Assembly: GCF_009914755.1 (NCBI RefSeq)
Contig: NC_060939.1
Source of the DNA: the human T2T-CHM13v2.0 reference genome, Homo sapiens
Length of the DNA stretch: 64,000 nt
Reading direction: 5' to 3' (one strand)
Shown one piece after another: positions 1 to 33,726 of this stretch; the stretch's first letter is position 1, and each line of letters begins with the position of its first letter. A model generated the notes under the pieces. It was not told the DNA's origin. It saw only the letters and a list, made by a program, of their open reading frames with translations, and did no database searches. Both the position numbers and the translations under genes were made by a program.

Positions 1-282
1 CTGGCTGAGATCAGTCTATATAATTATATTACACTTCTCAAGTTTAGTAGTGCTAGACAAATAGGAAGGGAGTTTTACATTCTTTGTTTATTTGCAATAA
101 TTTCATGATTGTCGTAATTAAACTATAGCCCGAGTTTAAAGAAGAAGCCAGCCAAAAAAAAAAAAATTAACTCATACATTCATCCCTAAACAATCAAATC
201 TCAGTAAAAATTTTAATATTAGCAGCAAGTTCTTTTTATTTTCTAGCAGCAGCTTCTTAAGAGAGAGGAAAAGAGGGTAAGC

Positions 283-286
<4 letters not shown>

Positions 287-313
<27 letters not shown>

Positions 314-314
314 T
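287..314 (+). repeat. (GT)14 microsatellite
   Basis: Read directly from the sequence. Confidence 0.95.
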
Positions 315-402
315 CTAGGAGAGGGGGAGAGCACATATGTCAACTAAGAGGTGAGTTTACTTCTGAAGTCCAATTGTCTAACGTATGGAGGGAGGATAAC
401 CT

Positions 403-1718
<1,316 letters not shown>

Positions 1719-2187
1719 TAATTGCCTGAATGGCTCAGAAGGGAGAGCTGTTGTGGCCAGAGAAGCTGCTTGTTATGTAATCCACATTAGTACAAGATAA
1801 TCATAAGATGAGCTGTAAGTATAGTGGGTGTTAGATCACTGCTGGGTCTTATTTAAGGTGGCAGGGGTGTTAGGGTAACATTTAGAAGTTGAGAGCAAAG
1901 AGTAAGGTTTGTTTTGACTTTATACAACACTTGAAGTAAAAAGCAGTTTGTTTTGTTTTCAGGCATAAAGATATCCATCCATGTGTTTGTTGTGTTGTTT
2001 TTGTTTTTTGTGGGGTTTTTTTTTTGTCATATTCACAAGGGAAACCAGAATCTGTATGTTCCTCTGGAAAATTAGGTGAAGAGAAGTATAACCTATTTCA
2101 GTGTGGCTTCAGTCTATGGTCTGGGTTTTATTAAACCAGATACGTATAAGAGCATGTCAAATTTAACCACCTCCCTTCATCCACTAG

Positions 2188-2817
<630 letters not shown>

Positions 2818-3254
2818 TAATAGTTCTTAATTTTGTTTTGCTTGTCTTTAAGTGCTTGTCCCTTTACTAGGATAAACTAAGTACTATTGATAATTTACAA
2901 AAGTGCTCCATCTTTACTGTTTACATCTACTGGCTAGAATGTCTACCAAGTTATGTAAGCATTTTTGTAAATGAATTTATTGCCTTTAGTTTTAGAAATA
3001 TTGAGAGCAGAATGGAACACTGACAATCAGATTTGGCAAAAGCATTCAAAGTGATTGTTATGGTGATTCTGATCATCTCTTTAAGATAAGGGAGTTAGGA
3101 AGATTACTAGAATAAGCATCTTTAATATTGAGCTAAGATTCATTTTTGTGTTCCTTAAAATTCACCATAGTTTTGACTAAACTAAGGAGGACAGTGAGTA
3201 CTTACTTTACACTGACCTATACATTCATTTAAAAGCATTCTTTAATTGAAGTAC

Positions 3255-3770
3255 TTTATTTTATTTTATTTTATTTTATTTTTTGAGATAGAGTCTCGTT
3301 CTGTCACCCAGGCTAGAGTGCAGTGATACAGTAATGGCTCACTGGAGCCTCAACCTCCTGGGCTCAAGCAACCCTTCCACATCAACCTCTTGAGTAGCTG
3401 GAACTAAAGGTGTGCACCACCATGCCCGGCTAATTTTGTTTATTTTTTGTAGAAACAAGGTCTCACTGTGTGGGCCAGGCTGGTCTCAAACTCCTGGGCT
3501 CAAGCAGTTCTCCCGCCTCAACCTCCCAAAGTGTTGGGATTACAGGCTTGAGCCACCATGCCTGGCCCAATTGAGGTATTTTATTTTAGATGCATCTTCT
3601 AGCCAGGCAAGGTGGCTCACACCTGAAATCCCAGTGTCTTGGGAGGCTGAGGCAGGAGGATTGCTTGAGCCCACGAGTTTAAGACTGTAGTGAGCCATGA
3701 TCATGTGACTGCACTCCAGCTGGGGCCACAGATCGAGACCTTGTCTCTAAAATGAATGAATGAATGTATG
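3255..3770. mobile_element. AluJ (-) and Alu monomer (+), head to head
   Basis: Alu consensus. Confidence 0.85.
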
Positions 3771-4621
3771 CATGAGCCTCCTGAGAAGCCATGGAGAAAG
3801 AAGCAAGCATGACCAGTCAGTGACTGACATTTAAACTGTAAGAAAAATTGACTTCATTTTATATGAACTTTAAAGGAGACACTCTGTGTAGGTAGGTACT
3901 TCAAAATATGTGTAAGTGTAATTGTATCAGAATAGGTGGCCATGATGTGATTTGATGAGACTGCCAAGAGCTAGACATTCTAGCCATTTCTTAAAAGGCC
4001 AGTTAGCTAAACACTAGTTAGGATTCATTTATTTAATTGATTCACAGCTTAAAATTAAGTGTAGTAAAGGAAACAGATATAGAAGAGATAGGGAAAGGTT
4101 TAGAGTTGGAGTGTCTTCAGCTGCTTGTGGAGGGCGTGGTAGAGACAGTGTTAACTACTTCCCAGTTTTACCTTGGGTGACCCTTGTTACAGATCACTGC
4201 TTCTGAGCTGCTTTTGAGAGCTAGTGGAGAGAGATTATATTACGTCCTAGGAGAATGTAACTCAGTTCTACTGGAGGCCACCATTCTCTTCCAGGTCATG
4301 GGTGGTACCTCTTAGTGTCACTCAGAGGTGAGGACTATTTGATGGCAGGCAACCTTAAGCTGCTGACAGGACAGAAACCTTTGTGATAAGCATTGGGAAA
4401 TCTGACTCCTGGAAAGAGTGAAGCATCAAAAACTCTGTAGAGTATATGAGTTTCGCCTATTAGGCAGTTATAAGGAAATAGCTAAAAAGGAACTGGCTAA
4501 TTAGAGTTGAGAGAAAATATTTATAAACAGACTTTAAATACTTTAAAAGCAGGCTTTTATTTTATATTCTTTCAGTGGGGATAGTGTGAACTGCCACCTC
4601 CTTTAAAAAGCCTTGCATTCC

Positions 4622-5377
<756 letters not shown>

Positions 5378-5840
5378 TGAGATATTTTCTCCCTCCCAAC
5401 ATTTTATTATGAATAATTTTAAACATACAGAAAAGTTAAGTAAAATGATCACCCACCACCTAGATTCAATAATTGTCAAAGTTTTGTCATATTTGCTTTA
5501 TCTATATATGTGATTGTATTTGTTTTGCTGAACAGTTTGGAGGTTTTAAACATTATGACATTTCTCTCCCAAATACTTTATCATGACTCTCCAAAAACAT
5601 GAGGACATTTGCTTATATAACTGTAATACCATTATTATACTACACAGTACTTCCTACTGTCATCTTTTATCCATGTGTAGCAAGTTATTTAGCCACTTTT
5701 AAATTTGTTTCTCCTCACTCCAGTAACCCTACACCCCCGAAAACCTTATTGTTCCTTGTCACTTTGTCATGTACCTCATGCCCAGCAGCAATTGGTGAGA
5801 TGGCTTTTTCATATGGTTTTATATTTGGGAACCTCTAGAG

Positions 5841-6023
5841 CAGTGGTTCTCAACTTGGGCTGGACATTAGAATAACTTGAGGAGCTCTTGAAAATCCCAA
5901 TCCCCCTACATCCCAGACCACATATATCAGAATTTCTGATATTCTGATGATTTCCATGCGTCAGTAGTTCTTAAAGTTTCCCAGGTGATTCTGGTGTGCA
6001 TCCATGATTAAGAATCACAACTG
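5841..6023 (+). mobile_element. MER5A (hAT-Charlie)
   Basis: cagtggttctcaac... start; ccaggtgattctg...aagaatcacaactg end; TA-containing flank (ctctagag). Confidence 0.75.
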
Positions 6024-6139
6024 TAGGTCCTATTAATCTTCAGTAAGAGTATTCAGTGTTTGGATAGGTGCTTGACAGTTTTCTGACCAGAACAGAGATG
6101 AAAAGTGGTATGCCTAGGTATTTAGGCTTTTTCCTTTTC

Positions 6140-6825
6140 TTTCACTGAACATTTACTGAACATCTACAATGTGTAAAACACTGAGCTAGGTTCCCATTCA
6201 TAAGGATGAATAAGATATGTTAACTGTGGTGTTCTAGAAAGGCCATGGACTTAGGGTTAGACTTCTATGGAGTTAAATTCTAGCTTTGCTGAGAACAATT
6301 TGTGTGATTTTTAACTAAGTCCTAAACCTCTCTGGGGCTTTAACATGATGTGGTTTGTTTACCTTGCAGATATTATCTTAACCACTCTTACTACCTCTGT
6401 ACTCTAGCCACACTGGCCTTCTTTCTTTTTCTCAAACATATGAAGCTTGCTCTATGTATATATGTGGCTTTTTACTACCTTCTTTTTCCACTCCCTCTGA
6501 TACCCCTCTGGGATACAAATGGGCCCTTGCTAGTCATTCAGGTTTCAGTTAAAATATCATCTTCTCATTGAAGCTTCTTCTGACCATCTAATCTAAAATA
6601 ACTTCCTGGATAGTCCATATCATATCATGGTGTTTGATTTTCATTGTGGCATTTATTCCTCTTAGATAGTTTCTTGTTTGTTATGGGCTTACTTTCTCCT
6701 CTATTATATAAGAGTACCAGGAGAGCTAGAACCTCATCTGTTTGGTTTCCCTTATTCTCAGGAACTGTAGAAAAATGCCTGACACATAGAGGATGCCTAA
6801 TAAATATTTGTTGAATTAATAAAGT
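6140..6825. mobile_element. L2 and MIR fragments
   Basis: L2 3' end (gcctgacacataggagatgcctaataaatatttgttgaat-like) and MIR-like core at about 6225-6345. Confidence 0.6.
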
Positions 6826-8151
6826 GGTAACAGTAATTCTACATTATGTTTGAGATAGTTTAGGAAAACCTCCTGGGGACAATTTCCTATCAGTTCCCTC
6901 ATGCTCTTTCCCCAAGGAGTATCTTTTCTCTTAAATGCTAAAAGCCAAAGCCTTTGTTGTGCTTAGAAAATCCAAGCAGGTAGAAGATACTTCTGAATAT
7001 GTAAAAAGTGTGCCAATTCAGTAGCCCCCTCCCCAGACTGGGGTTAGAGGGCTCCCTTTTGCTCTCACAGTGAGTCTCCTTGTGAAAAAGAATCAATAGT
7101 TTTATCATCTTGTCTTAGCACTTCTCCTTCTGAACAGAAATTTGTTGTTCAACCTTTGGGTTTATGCTGGAGAAACAGAATGCATTGATAAACCATCCTT
7201 TTGTGTGTATCATTGAGAGCCAAGATGGAAGCAGTGTTAGACAGCTAGTTAAGTTTTTTTCTGTAGTGTCTTTTCTGAGTTAAAAAGCAAATGCAATAAA
7301 TGCCCACAGAATGTTCTTGACTTTTCTTTTTCTTTCTGGTGTATTTTTTTAAGCTTTAATTTATTGCTCTTGCACTGTGTGCCAAGAACGGAATTGCCTA
7401 GATCACATCTTACAATATCTCTATGAGATAGGAACTCTTTCTTTCTTACTTTTTAAAATAGAGATAGGGGTCTCGCTATATTGCCCAGGCTTGTCTCAAA
7501 CTCCTGTGCTCAAGTGATCCCCCTGCCTTAACTTCCCAAAGTGTTGAGATTACAGGCGTGAGCCACTGTGCCTGACTGGCCGAGAGCTCTCTTATTCCCA
7601 CTTTATACATGAGCATAGTGAGTTTTAGCAAGCTAAGAAACGTGGCCTGGTTGGTGGTTTGTGGAGCCAGGATTAAAATCCAGGTAATCTGACTTATATC
7701 TTCCACAGTTATAACTATACTACCTCTCATTATATCTTTTTCTCTTCTCATCTTTATCATTTAAATACTTTTATAAAAGGCATTTGAGATGGTTAAGCAT
7801 AAATATGTTTCTCAAAGCAATAGATACCAGGAAAACAGTTCCTGGTGGCCTTGCTTTGAAGCCATGTTCTAATCAATCAAGATTCTTAAGGAAGAGTAGC
7901 ATCATCAATTGTTCATGTATATTAGTAGATGAGTCTGGAAAGTGGAACCAAGGTTCTGGACTTCTTTGTTTCTTTAAGCCTTCTAATTATATTTTGATGA
8001 TTATGGTCAAGTATATGGATTCTAGTTTGTCTTTAGTGAGAGATTCAAAAGGAGCATTGTGTTTAATTCTAGAAACTCGAGATACTAATATTATCACGAT
8101 GAGTTCACTCCTATTATTTTCATGTTATTTTTTTTTGGATTAGTAAAATTA

Positions 8152-11082
<2,931 letters not shown>

Positions 11083-12601
11083 TAGCAGGCCAACTTTCAA
11101 TACTTTTGGACCTTCAGGGATCCATCTCCTGCCTATTTCACCCTTGTCTATTTGGCATTTTACTTTGCCTGCATATGTGGGTTTACCATGTTCTTTCAAA
11201 CTCTGTGCAAGGGAGTTTGGGATGAACTATATGTAAAATATTCATTTTTTTCCTTGCAACCCCAAATCCAAACACAGTTGGATGGAGTTTTTAATCAGGG
11301 TTATTGCAGAAAACCCAGGACCTCAGGTCCTTGTGATTGAGTGGTGAATGAAGGGGAAAATGAGGCCACTTGAACATTATTCTGTTTAGGAACTTGCTGT
11401 ATGAATTAGTAGAGACCATCACATTTTTCATCAATTCCTGCTCTCACCACACCCCGCTCTTGCCCCTGCTAAAAAACTACCAGCCTTCTCTCATGTTATG
11501 ATTTAGGGGCCCCTGTTCACTGAGGGGCTAACAGCTGGAATTGTGGCACTACATTAGCCTTTTTTGAGCTTTTATTTCTCTTTCATGCTGGATTTTTTTT
11601 TTTTTTTTTTTGGCACCCACACCCCATTTGAGAATTTACTTTCTCTCTGAGAAGTTTTTGTCAGTAGTTTTTTGTTTTATTGCCTTTTCTGTGATAGGTT
11701 AAGGATACAGCTTGGTAAAGAAGGAACCTGCAGGGGTTTATTGATGGAGTTCCTGTCCCACCATGCCCTAGGCCTAGTACATACATGCTTCTGATGAATC
11801 ACTGCTGTTAGTATTTAGTATCTCCTGATCCTCATAGTCCATATTATGCAAAGCATAGAATCTGCCCAAGGGACTTAATAGCTGAATCACTCACTTGATC
11901 TGTTGTCTTTCACTCTTTCTTCCCTTTGTTGGTGGCTACAGGCAAGTATATGAGAGATATAAAACTGTAAGCAAGACAAAATCTGGACTACATATCTTTA
12001 TTGCTGCTTGGGAAGTGGCCTGGGAGTTCAAATTCAAGGATTTGAAGCTTTGTACAGCTGCCCCAGATAACCTGCTCTCATTGGGATGAGGATGAAGTAT
12101 TTCCACATGATTGCTCAAGTCCCTTTTCTCTTTGCCCTGATGCCCCCTCCCTCCTCTCTATTTCATTAATTGCTTAGCAGTTGCTGATGGAATTAAAACG
12201 AAATGTGTCTGCAGCCTCTGTGGTTTGCTGTCAGAACTCTCTTTCTAAGGTCTTTATCTTACTGCTAGGGATGGGTGAACATCTGATTTTGAAGCAAGAG
12301 GAGGGAGGGACCTGTGGCTGTAGTTAAATGCATTTTTCTAAAAGCAGCAGCTTGCAGAGTTGGACTCCTCCTGAAGCACTATTCATTTTACCAAGCCATG
12401 CCCTAGTCCCTTATGCTGTTCATTAATGGGGCTTGTATGTGGCAGCACAGTATATAGAAATGAATCCTGCTGAATTGCTTTTGTTGGTGATGTGGAAAGT
12501 GCTTTTCATTTTTAACTAAGAACAAGAAGGAAACAGCCTCAAAGTGTGAAAGAGTCAAAACCAAATCCCGGGGTTTCTGTGGAAGACAAGAATCTGGATA
12601 T

Positions 12602-12869
<268 letters not shown>

Positions 12870-13234
12870 TTATCTATAATCAGTAGGATTTTTTTGCACA
12901 TACAGAATTTCTGGCAATAATAATCTTTTGGACACAGGATGGGAATAACAACCATGGAGGAACTTCTGTTTTCTTAGGGAGGTCAACGTATTTATTTTCT
13001 CTTAATACCGAATTCTCTTTTCTTATTCATGGTTTTGGTTTTGTGTACTATTAATTATATAAATTAATGGGATCCCAGGTAGTATTTGTATATTTACAAA
13101 AAGGTTATGAAATTTAAGCAAGGTAAACTTAAAGATAGCCACTTGAATTTTGCCAAAATTTGGAACTTAATCTACATTCTAACCAAGCAAGCTGGTTTTA
13201 TCTGAGAAAATATAAATAATTACTTGATATACTT

Positions 13235-13574
<340 letters not shown>

Positions 13575-14070
13575 TCAGGATTAGGCACCTTGAGAAACCA
13601 AAACCCCTGGTTTGCCTTCTTTTAGGTCAAATTTATCTACTTAGTTTATATTATAACTTACAGGTATAAATGTGGTTGTTGTTATTAATAATAATCTTTT
13701 ATTCAGTGTCTACTTGCTGCCAGTTTCATGAGGCTTTCTTTAAACATTAATACTGACTTTAGGCTAGCTTAAATATATTATAAATTCTGATACAGATTTC
13801 TCTAGTCATGTGCTTCTTAGTTATGATGTCAATTCAGAATTTTTTATCAGAATTTTGTTCTAGAAAAAAAAAAAGTCAACACACGTCACTGCTATAAATT
13901 ATATCCCAGAATGGGGGCTAAAATAAACTTGCAATATCTTAAAAAAATCTAACTTCCATGCCCTATTCTAGAAAGCTACTGGATGTTTCTACGAAAAGGA
14001 AGATGTGATAGAGGAAAGATGAAATTCAATAAACAAGAAAGGTTAAAGGAATCCTCAAAATAGTGGATGG

Positions 14071-19190
<5,120 letters not shown>

Positions 19191-19381
19191 AAGGCTTTTT
19201 TAGTTCCTGGCTCAGAGTCACCCTCTCCAACACTATTCCTGGCTTAATTCTTGGTAAATTCTATGTCCATATTAATTATCTTTCCAACATCTTTATTTCT
19301 TAGTTCCTTATCCATGTCTCTCCCAAAGATTTTTGACCTCTATCCTGTCTCAGCTACTACTCCCATAGTCGTACTCTAGAC

Positions 19382-19571
19382 CAGTGCACCAGGACCAAGC
19401 TGTTTTTGTAAATAAAGTTTGTTTAAATATAGCCTTACTCCTTCATTTATGTATCGTCTATAGCCTCTTTCATACTACAACAGCCAAGTTGAGTAATTGC
19501 AACAGACACCATTGACTCTCAAAGCCTAAGGTATTTATTGTCTAACCCTTTACAGAGTTTACTGACTCCTG
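19382..19571. mobile_element. MER58A (hAT-Charlie) inside an L2 relic
   Basis: gtttttgtaaataaagtt...agttgagtaattgcaacagacacc...ccctttacagag; flanks ctctagac and ccctagat. Confidence 0.7.
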
Positions 19572-19959
19572 CCCTAGATCTAGTCAATTAGAGCTACATC
19601 TCCTCTGTTATTTCAGTATCAAGCATGCTATTCTTCCATCACTCATTTCTACTTTCACAACACCCTTCCTCTGGAATCTCTGCTCCGTCAATCCTTTGAC
19701 ACTGTGAATCACCACTGTTTGTACTGAGCATTACACTCTTTTTCAAGTACTTCCCTACTGAACTTGTATTCATTATAATTACTTTCTTCGCTACATTGTT
19801 AAATTTCTCACCGACAAAAACTCAGTCCAACTTTTTGCTTACTTCATGCCTGTATCTGTGTGTCTACATGTGGCTGAAAAAACTGTTCTGCCTGTTCTCA
19901 CATTAAGTTCACAATCATTAGCCTTAAGCAATCCTACATTTCCCTATCCATTCACTCTT

Positions 19960-20645
<686 letters not shown>

Positions 20646-21467
20646 ATAAAAGTGAGATATGATAGTCCTGTTTTAGAAGCTCTGTTTTCATTGGTGGGGC
20701 TTGTCATTTGGTGGCCCTTACTATAGGAAGGAGTTGATTGACCATTGATGAGGGACCATCCACCTTCCAGCATCTGTAGGTCTTTTGTCTTAGGCAAGTC
20801 ATTTTTCCCTTAGAGGAATCAACCCATCTTTTGCCTGCTTTCTCATAGCCCAGAGGAGCAAAAAGGGGTTTGTGTTTGACTGTTGCTGTGAGTGTTTCAT
20901 TTCATCTCTGTTCTTAGTTGTGCATGGTGCGGGTGAGTACCCAGCCTGTCCAACATATTCTGAGTAAATGTTCAGACTTTTGCTAGAATCGTGAATGTAG
21001 GGGAGGTGGGAGGAGGCTGCCTTGGGTAGTGGAGATGATCTAGAGCTCTGATTGTATCTTTTAGGACTTTGAGCGATCTTCCTGTTTTGAACCCTACGCT
21101 CTTTTCAGAGTACCTGATGCCACAAATTGCTGATCTTTTCCTGGGTTTTGAATGTTTGCTAACAGTTTCTTCACTTCCACCTCTACCAATTTTATAAGCT
21201 TAGGTTTCATCTTTTTTTGGTCTCTAGGTTAACGTTTATCCATCTGCTTTCCAGTTCCCAAAATGGTTTTCACATCTCTTGTCTGCTATTCTCTTCTCTC
21301 TTGCTCTTTGTCCTCAAGGATTTATGCCTATTTTTATTTGGTTTCATTTTATTGAGGTTTTAAAAAAGAAAGGAGGGGAATGTATAAGTAGAGCAACTAA
21401 CCCTCAGTTGTACAGGGTGTGCCTTTTAAGAGGGTTCCCTGCTGATCAGAACTAGGATCTCTGACTC

Positions 21468-23627
<2,160 letters not shown>

Positions 23628-23659
23628 TCAGCAACATTTTCTACTGTGGCCTTGATAGC

Positions 23660-23984
23660 TGCAGACTGGTACTGGTCCATGGCCTGTTAGGAACCTGGTC
23701 GCACAGCAGGAGGTGAGCAGTGGCTGAGAAAGTATTAGCACCTGAGCTCTGCCTCCTGTCAGATCAGCATTAGATTCTCATAGGAGCGGGAACCCTATTG
23801 TGAACTGCACATGAGAGGGACCTAAGTCATGCGTTCCTTATGTGAATCTAATGAATGCCTGATGATCTGAGGTGGAACAGTTATAGCCCTGAACCATCCC
23901 CCGTCCCGCCAACCCCCCTCTGTCTGTGGAAAAATTGTCTTCCAGGAAACTGGGCCCTGGTGCCAAAAAGGTTGGGGACCACTG
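23660..23984 (+). mobile_element. MER1B (hAT-Charlie)
   Basis: ggtccatggcctgttaggaacc...cattagattctcataggagc.gaaccctattgtgaactgc...ggtgccaaaaaggttggggaccactg terminus. Confidence 0.85.
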
Positions 23985-25129
23985 CTTTATAGGAATACTC
24001 GGTAGAATGATGATTATTACAGTATTGGAACAGAGTTAAAGACAGCAAAAATCTTGAGTTCAGTGAAACGAAATACTTCTCAAATTTATTAGACCCATCA
24101 TATATGCTTTTTAATTAGTTGTCTCTAGTTTTAACCTTTCCCATATGTTTCATACAGAGAGACAGCTGTAATGTGGCAACCTGTGGCTCTTGTCTTTTAT
24201 CTCCAGAATAGTGATGTTTTTCTTTAAGATAATAATTTCTTTTCTTTTAGCTTTTCTTCCTATAAGTTGTTATCTCTGCCTGTTGCTTTCTAGAAGAGGA
24301 TCCAGAAGGAAAATGCTTTGCTGTTTAATCAATATTTTAGGAGAGGCTACTCTACAGAACAGGAAATGACATAATTTAACTCACAAGGATGGCGAAAACT
24401 AAAATAATTAGTTTATCTGTTTAGAGTATCTGAAGAAAATAGCAGCTCATTGTTCTCTAAAGTGGATCTTGCCACCCACCAGTTGTTGAAATCTCAGCCT
24501 TGTCTTTGTACATCTCAGTGTCGAAAGAGGTCGAGGAAAAAATCCTGTCTTTCCATCTTCCTTTATATAAGGAATGGTTATTGTTTAGATGAAACTGTAT
24601 CTACCCTGACCGTGTCATATCTGTAGTACCTAGCAGCACAGTACCTATTAGTAGTAGGGCTTCAGTACATTTTTTTTCATAAATCCTGAAGTAACTATTA
24701 AGTTCTGGGACAGTGGTTCAAAGGGCATAATAAAAAGGGATGAAACATCAAGTTTCTGGAAAATTGTGGTGTATTTGTGTATTTTCTTGCATTTGTGGCG
24801 AGACTAGTAAAAGTTAACCTAATTAGATTTTCAAAAGTGTTCATTGATTATACTCAAAAAATATTTATGGAGTACTTCCTGTGGTCAGGCACAGCACTAA
24901 CCCCTGGTATAGAGTGTTGAAGGAGACCTTTAGGAGATGTGAAAGAGGGAATACCCTCCTTCATGAAACTTCCAGTTTATTCTGGTAGGGAAACACTATA
25001 AAAATAGCTCTTTTGCCTGAGATAAGTGTTACAAAGGAAAATTACTCCTGATTGTCTATGGATGTGGTGTCTCCAGGTTAATTTTTCTGAAAATGAGTGT
25101 GGATAGCAGAGTCTCTAAAGAAGTTATCA

Positions 25130-25678
25130 GGCCAGGCACTGTGGATCACTTGAGGCCAGGAGTTTGAAATGAGCTTGGCCAGCAGGGGTTTTTCCATGTT
25201 GGTCAGGCTGGTCTTGAACTCCCGAACTCAGGTGATCTGCCCGCCTCAGCCTCCCAAAGTGCTGAGATAACAGGCATGAGCCACTGCCCAGCCAGTAGGA
25301 GGATCTCTTAAGCCCGGGAAGTTGAGACTGCAGTGAGCTGCTGCGATCAAACCACTACACTCCAGCCTGGGCAGTGGAGTGAGACCTTAAAAAGAAGGGG
25401 AAGGCCGGGTGCGGTGGCTCACGCCTGTAATCCCAGCACTTTGGGAGGCCGAGGCGGGCGGATCACGAGGTCAGAAGATTGAGACCACGGTGAAACCCCC
25501 GTCTCTACTAAAAATACAAAAAAAAAAACAAAAATTAGCCGGGCGTGGTGGCGGGCACCTGTAGTCCCAGCTACTTGGAGGCTGAGGCAGGAGAATGGCG
25601 TGAACCCAGGAGGCGGAGCTTGCAGTGAGCCAAGATTGCCCTACTGCACTCCAGCCTGCGTAACAGAGCGACACTCTG

Positions 25679-25714
<36 letters not shown>

Positions 25715-26212
25715 AGAAGAGGAAGACTGTACAGACTACTAGAGATTATGGCAACCTCTTTCTCAATCTTGTTTTCTTGTTTTTTGTTTGTTATTTGTGG
25801 AGATGGTATCTCACTTTGTTGCCCACGCTGGTCTCAAACTCCTGGGCTCAGGTGGTCCTCCCACCTCAGCCTCCCATAGTGCTGGAATTACAGGCATGAA
25901 CCACCATGCCTGGTCTGTAGTCTTTTTTTTTTTTTTTGAGATGGAGTTTCGCCCTTGTTGCCCAGGCTGGAATGCAATGGCAAATGGCAAACTCTGCCTC
26001 CAGGGTTCAAGCAATTCTCCTGCCTCAGCTTCCCAAGTAGCTGGGATTACAGGCATGTGTCACTACGTCTGGCTAATTTTGTATTTTTAATAGAGATGGG
26101 GTTTCACCATATTGGTCAGGCTGGTCTCGAACTCCTGACCTCGGGTTCGGGTTATCCACCTGCCTCAGCCTTCCAAAGTGGTGGGATTATAGGCATGAGC
26201 CACCATGCCTGT
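25130..26212. mobile_element. Alu cluster including a three-piece mosaic at 25130-25395
   Basis: Alu segments in alternating orientation. Confidence 0.8.
25403..25712 (+). mobile_element. AluYc/Yd-lineage element (12-bp left-arm deletion)
   Basis: gagaccacggtgaaacc lacks tcctggctaaca relative to AluY; long pure A tail. Confidence 0.8.
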
Positions 26213-26647
26213 CTGTGGCCCTCAGTCTTAATAGTGCAACCAAGAAAATGTCTCAGCTACCCAAATAGGGGAGATGGTTTACACATCAGAATGTTATCTG
26301 GGGACTTTATCTCCTGAATTTGGTCCTGGGTTGCTCAAATGAACACTAGCTAGTTCCATTTTAGCTCTTCTGATGGAGCCCAGTGTAGACTGGTACAGGA
26401 ATTGTGGAGGATGTCCCTGCCTTGTGTGGACATGTTCCAACCTGAAATAAGGGTGGTCTTGAGAAGCTAAAAAAGGAGAAGAACTCAACTGATTTTTTTA
26501 ATTGATGGTTTAGTAGCCAACTTCTGACCTGTTCTTAGCCTGAAAAGACCTACTGATATCAGGCTAATCATAGTTCTGAGATAAAGGTCAGTGGATGAAG
26601 CCCTTTTTGGAGGATCCCTAGGGCACATTTAATAACAACAGAAACTT

Positions 26648-26667
26648 CAGCAGCAGCAGCAGCAGCA
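26648..26667 (+). repeat. (CAG)6-7 tract at the edge of a MIR fragment
   Basis: cagcagcagcagcagcagca read directly. Confidence 0.85.
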
Positions 26668-27594
26668 TTTTATCAGACTATGTTCCAGGCAGCAATACCA
26701 AATGCTTCTTATATATTTCCTTTAATTATTGCAGTAGCTCTATGCAATACACACTAGCATAATTTTTATTTTACTAACAAGAAAATTGTGGCTTAAAGAA
26801 GTTAAATAACTTGCCTAAAGTTGCACAGCCAGTAGTGGAGGCTCTATTTAAAGCCAAGATGGCTATCTTCAAAGTCCATTTGTCGTAATCATTATCTCCT
26901 ATTTATCTTCATCCCCTTTACTTCTATTTGAATAGTATTTCTTTCCTTATCTCATCTGTTCTTAACCAAGGCCCTCCTTTACTTCTTCCTAAAGTAGTCC
27001 ACATCTGTGGAGCTTCTCAGGAATATACTTTTTTGTGAGATTTTTCTATAAGATTAAAATTATAAATTAAATGGCTAAAAATTTTTACATACTGTAAACA
27101 GACCCAGACAGTTAAAGAGATTATAGAGATTTGGCAGGAAAAACTCGATGCTTTTGGAAAGCTCTTGATAGTATTCACAGATAAGCGATAGTGAAAATTG
27201 AGACTAATGGATACTGGTAAAAAATTAGATGTGGTATGGTTGATCATACTTGTTGTGATTAAAGCTAAAACATTATTCAAGTTTGCTAGAAAGTTGAAGA
27301 GCTGAATTTGGGCTGGATGGAGAAGGTAAGAAAAAAACACACTGCACATGGTCCTCATTTATGAACTTAAATCTTTCCTGGCTGCCAACTACTTGCTGAT
27401 TAGAAATCTGAACTCCCAACCTGTATACTAGGAAATCTAGCCTTTTATTGTCCTGGTTTAAGAAGGATTTAAATTGTGCTCAGTATTGAAGTTTTTGGGT
27501 CGGAACTATTTTAATATTATCTATGAATAAATATAAGGTCATACATATTAGTAGGGGAGAGAGCGTATGGGATAAATTGATCTCTCTCTCTCTT

Positions 27595-30676
<3,082 letters not shown>

Positions 30677-30753
30677 AAAAATAATGTTTTAAGTTATAGC
30701 TAATTGACACAAAAATGTTCACGATGCAGTGAAATTCTGATAACCTTTCATAG

Positions 30754-33726
<2,973 letters not shown>

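Noticed and set aside
26648-26667. CAG tract as a polyglutamine or expansion locus
   Set aside because: Only 6-7 units, intronic, at a MIR edge.
27021-27325. Possible cryptic exon (cttctcag acceptor ... AAG|gtaaga donor)
   Set aside because: No recognisable coding homology, and such site pairs are common by chance in 60 kb; cannot be supported without RNA data.
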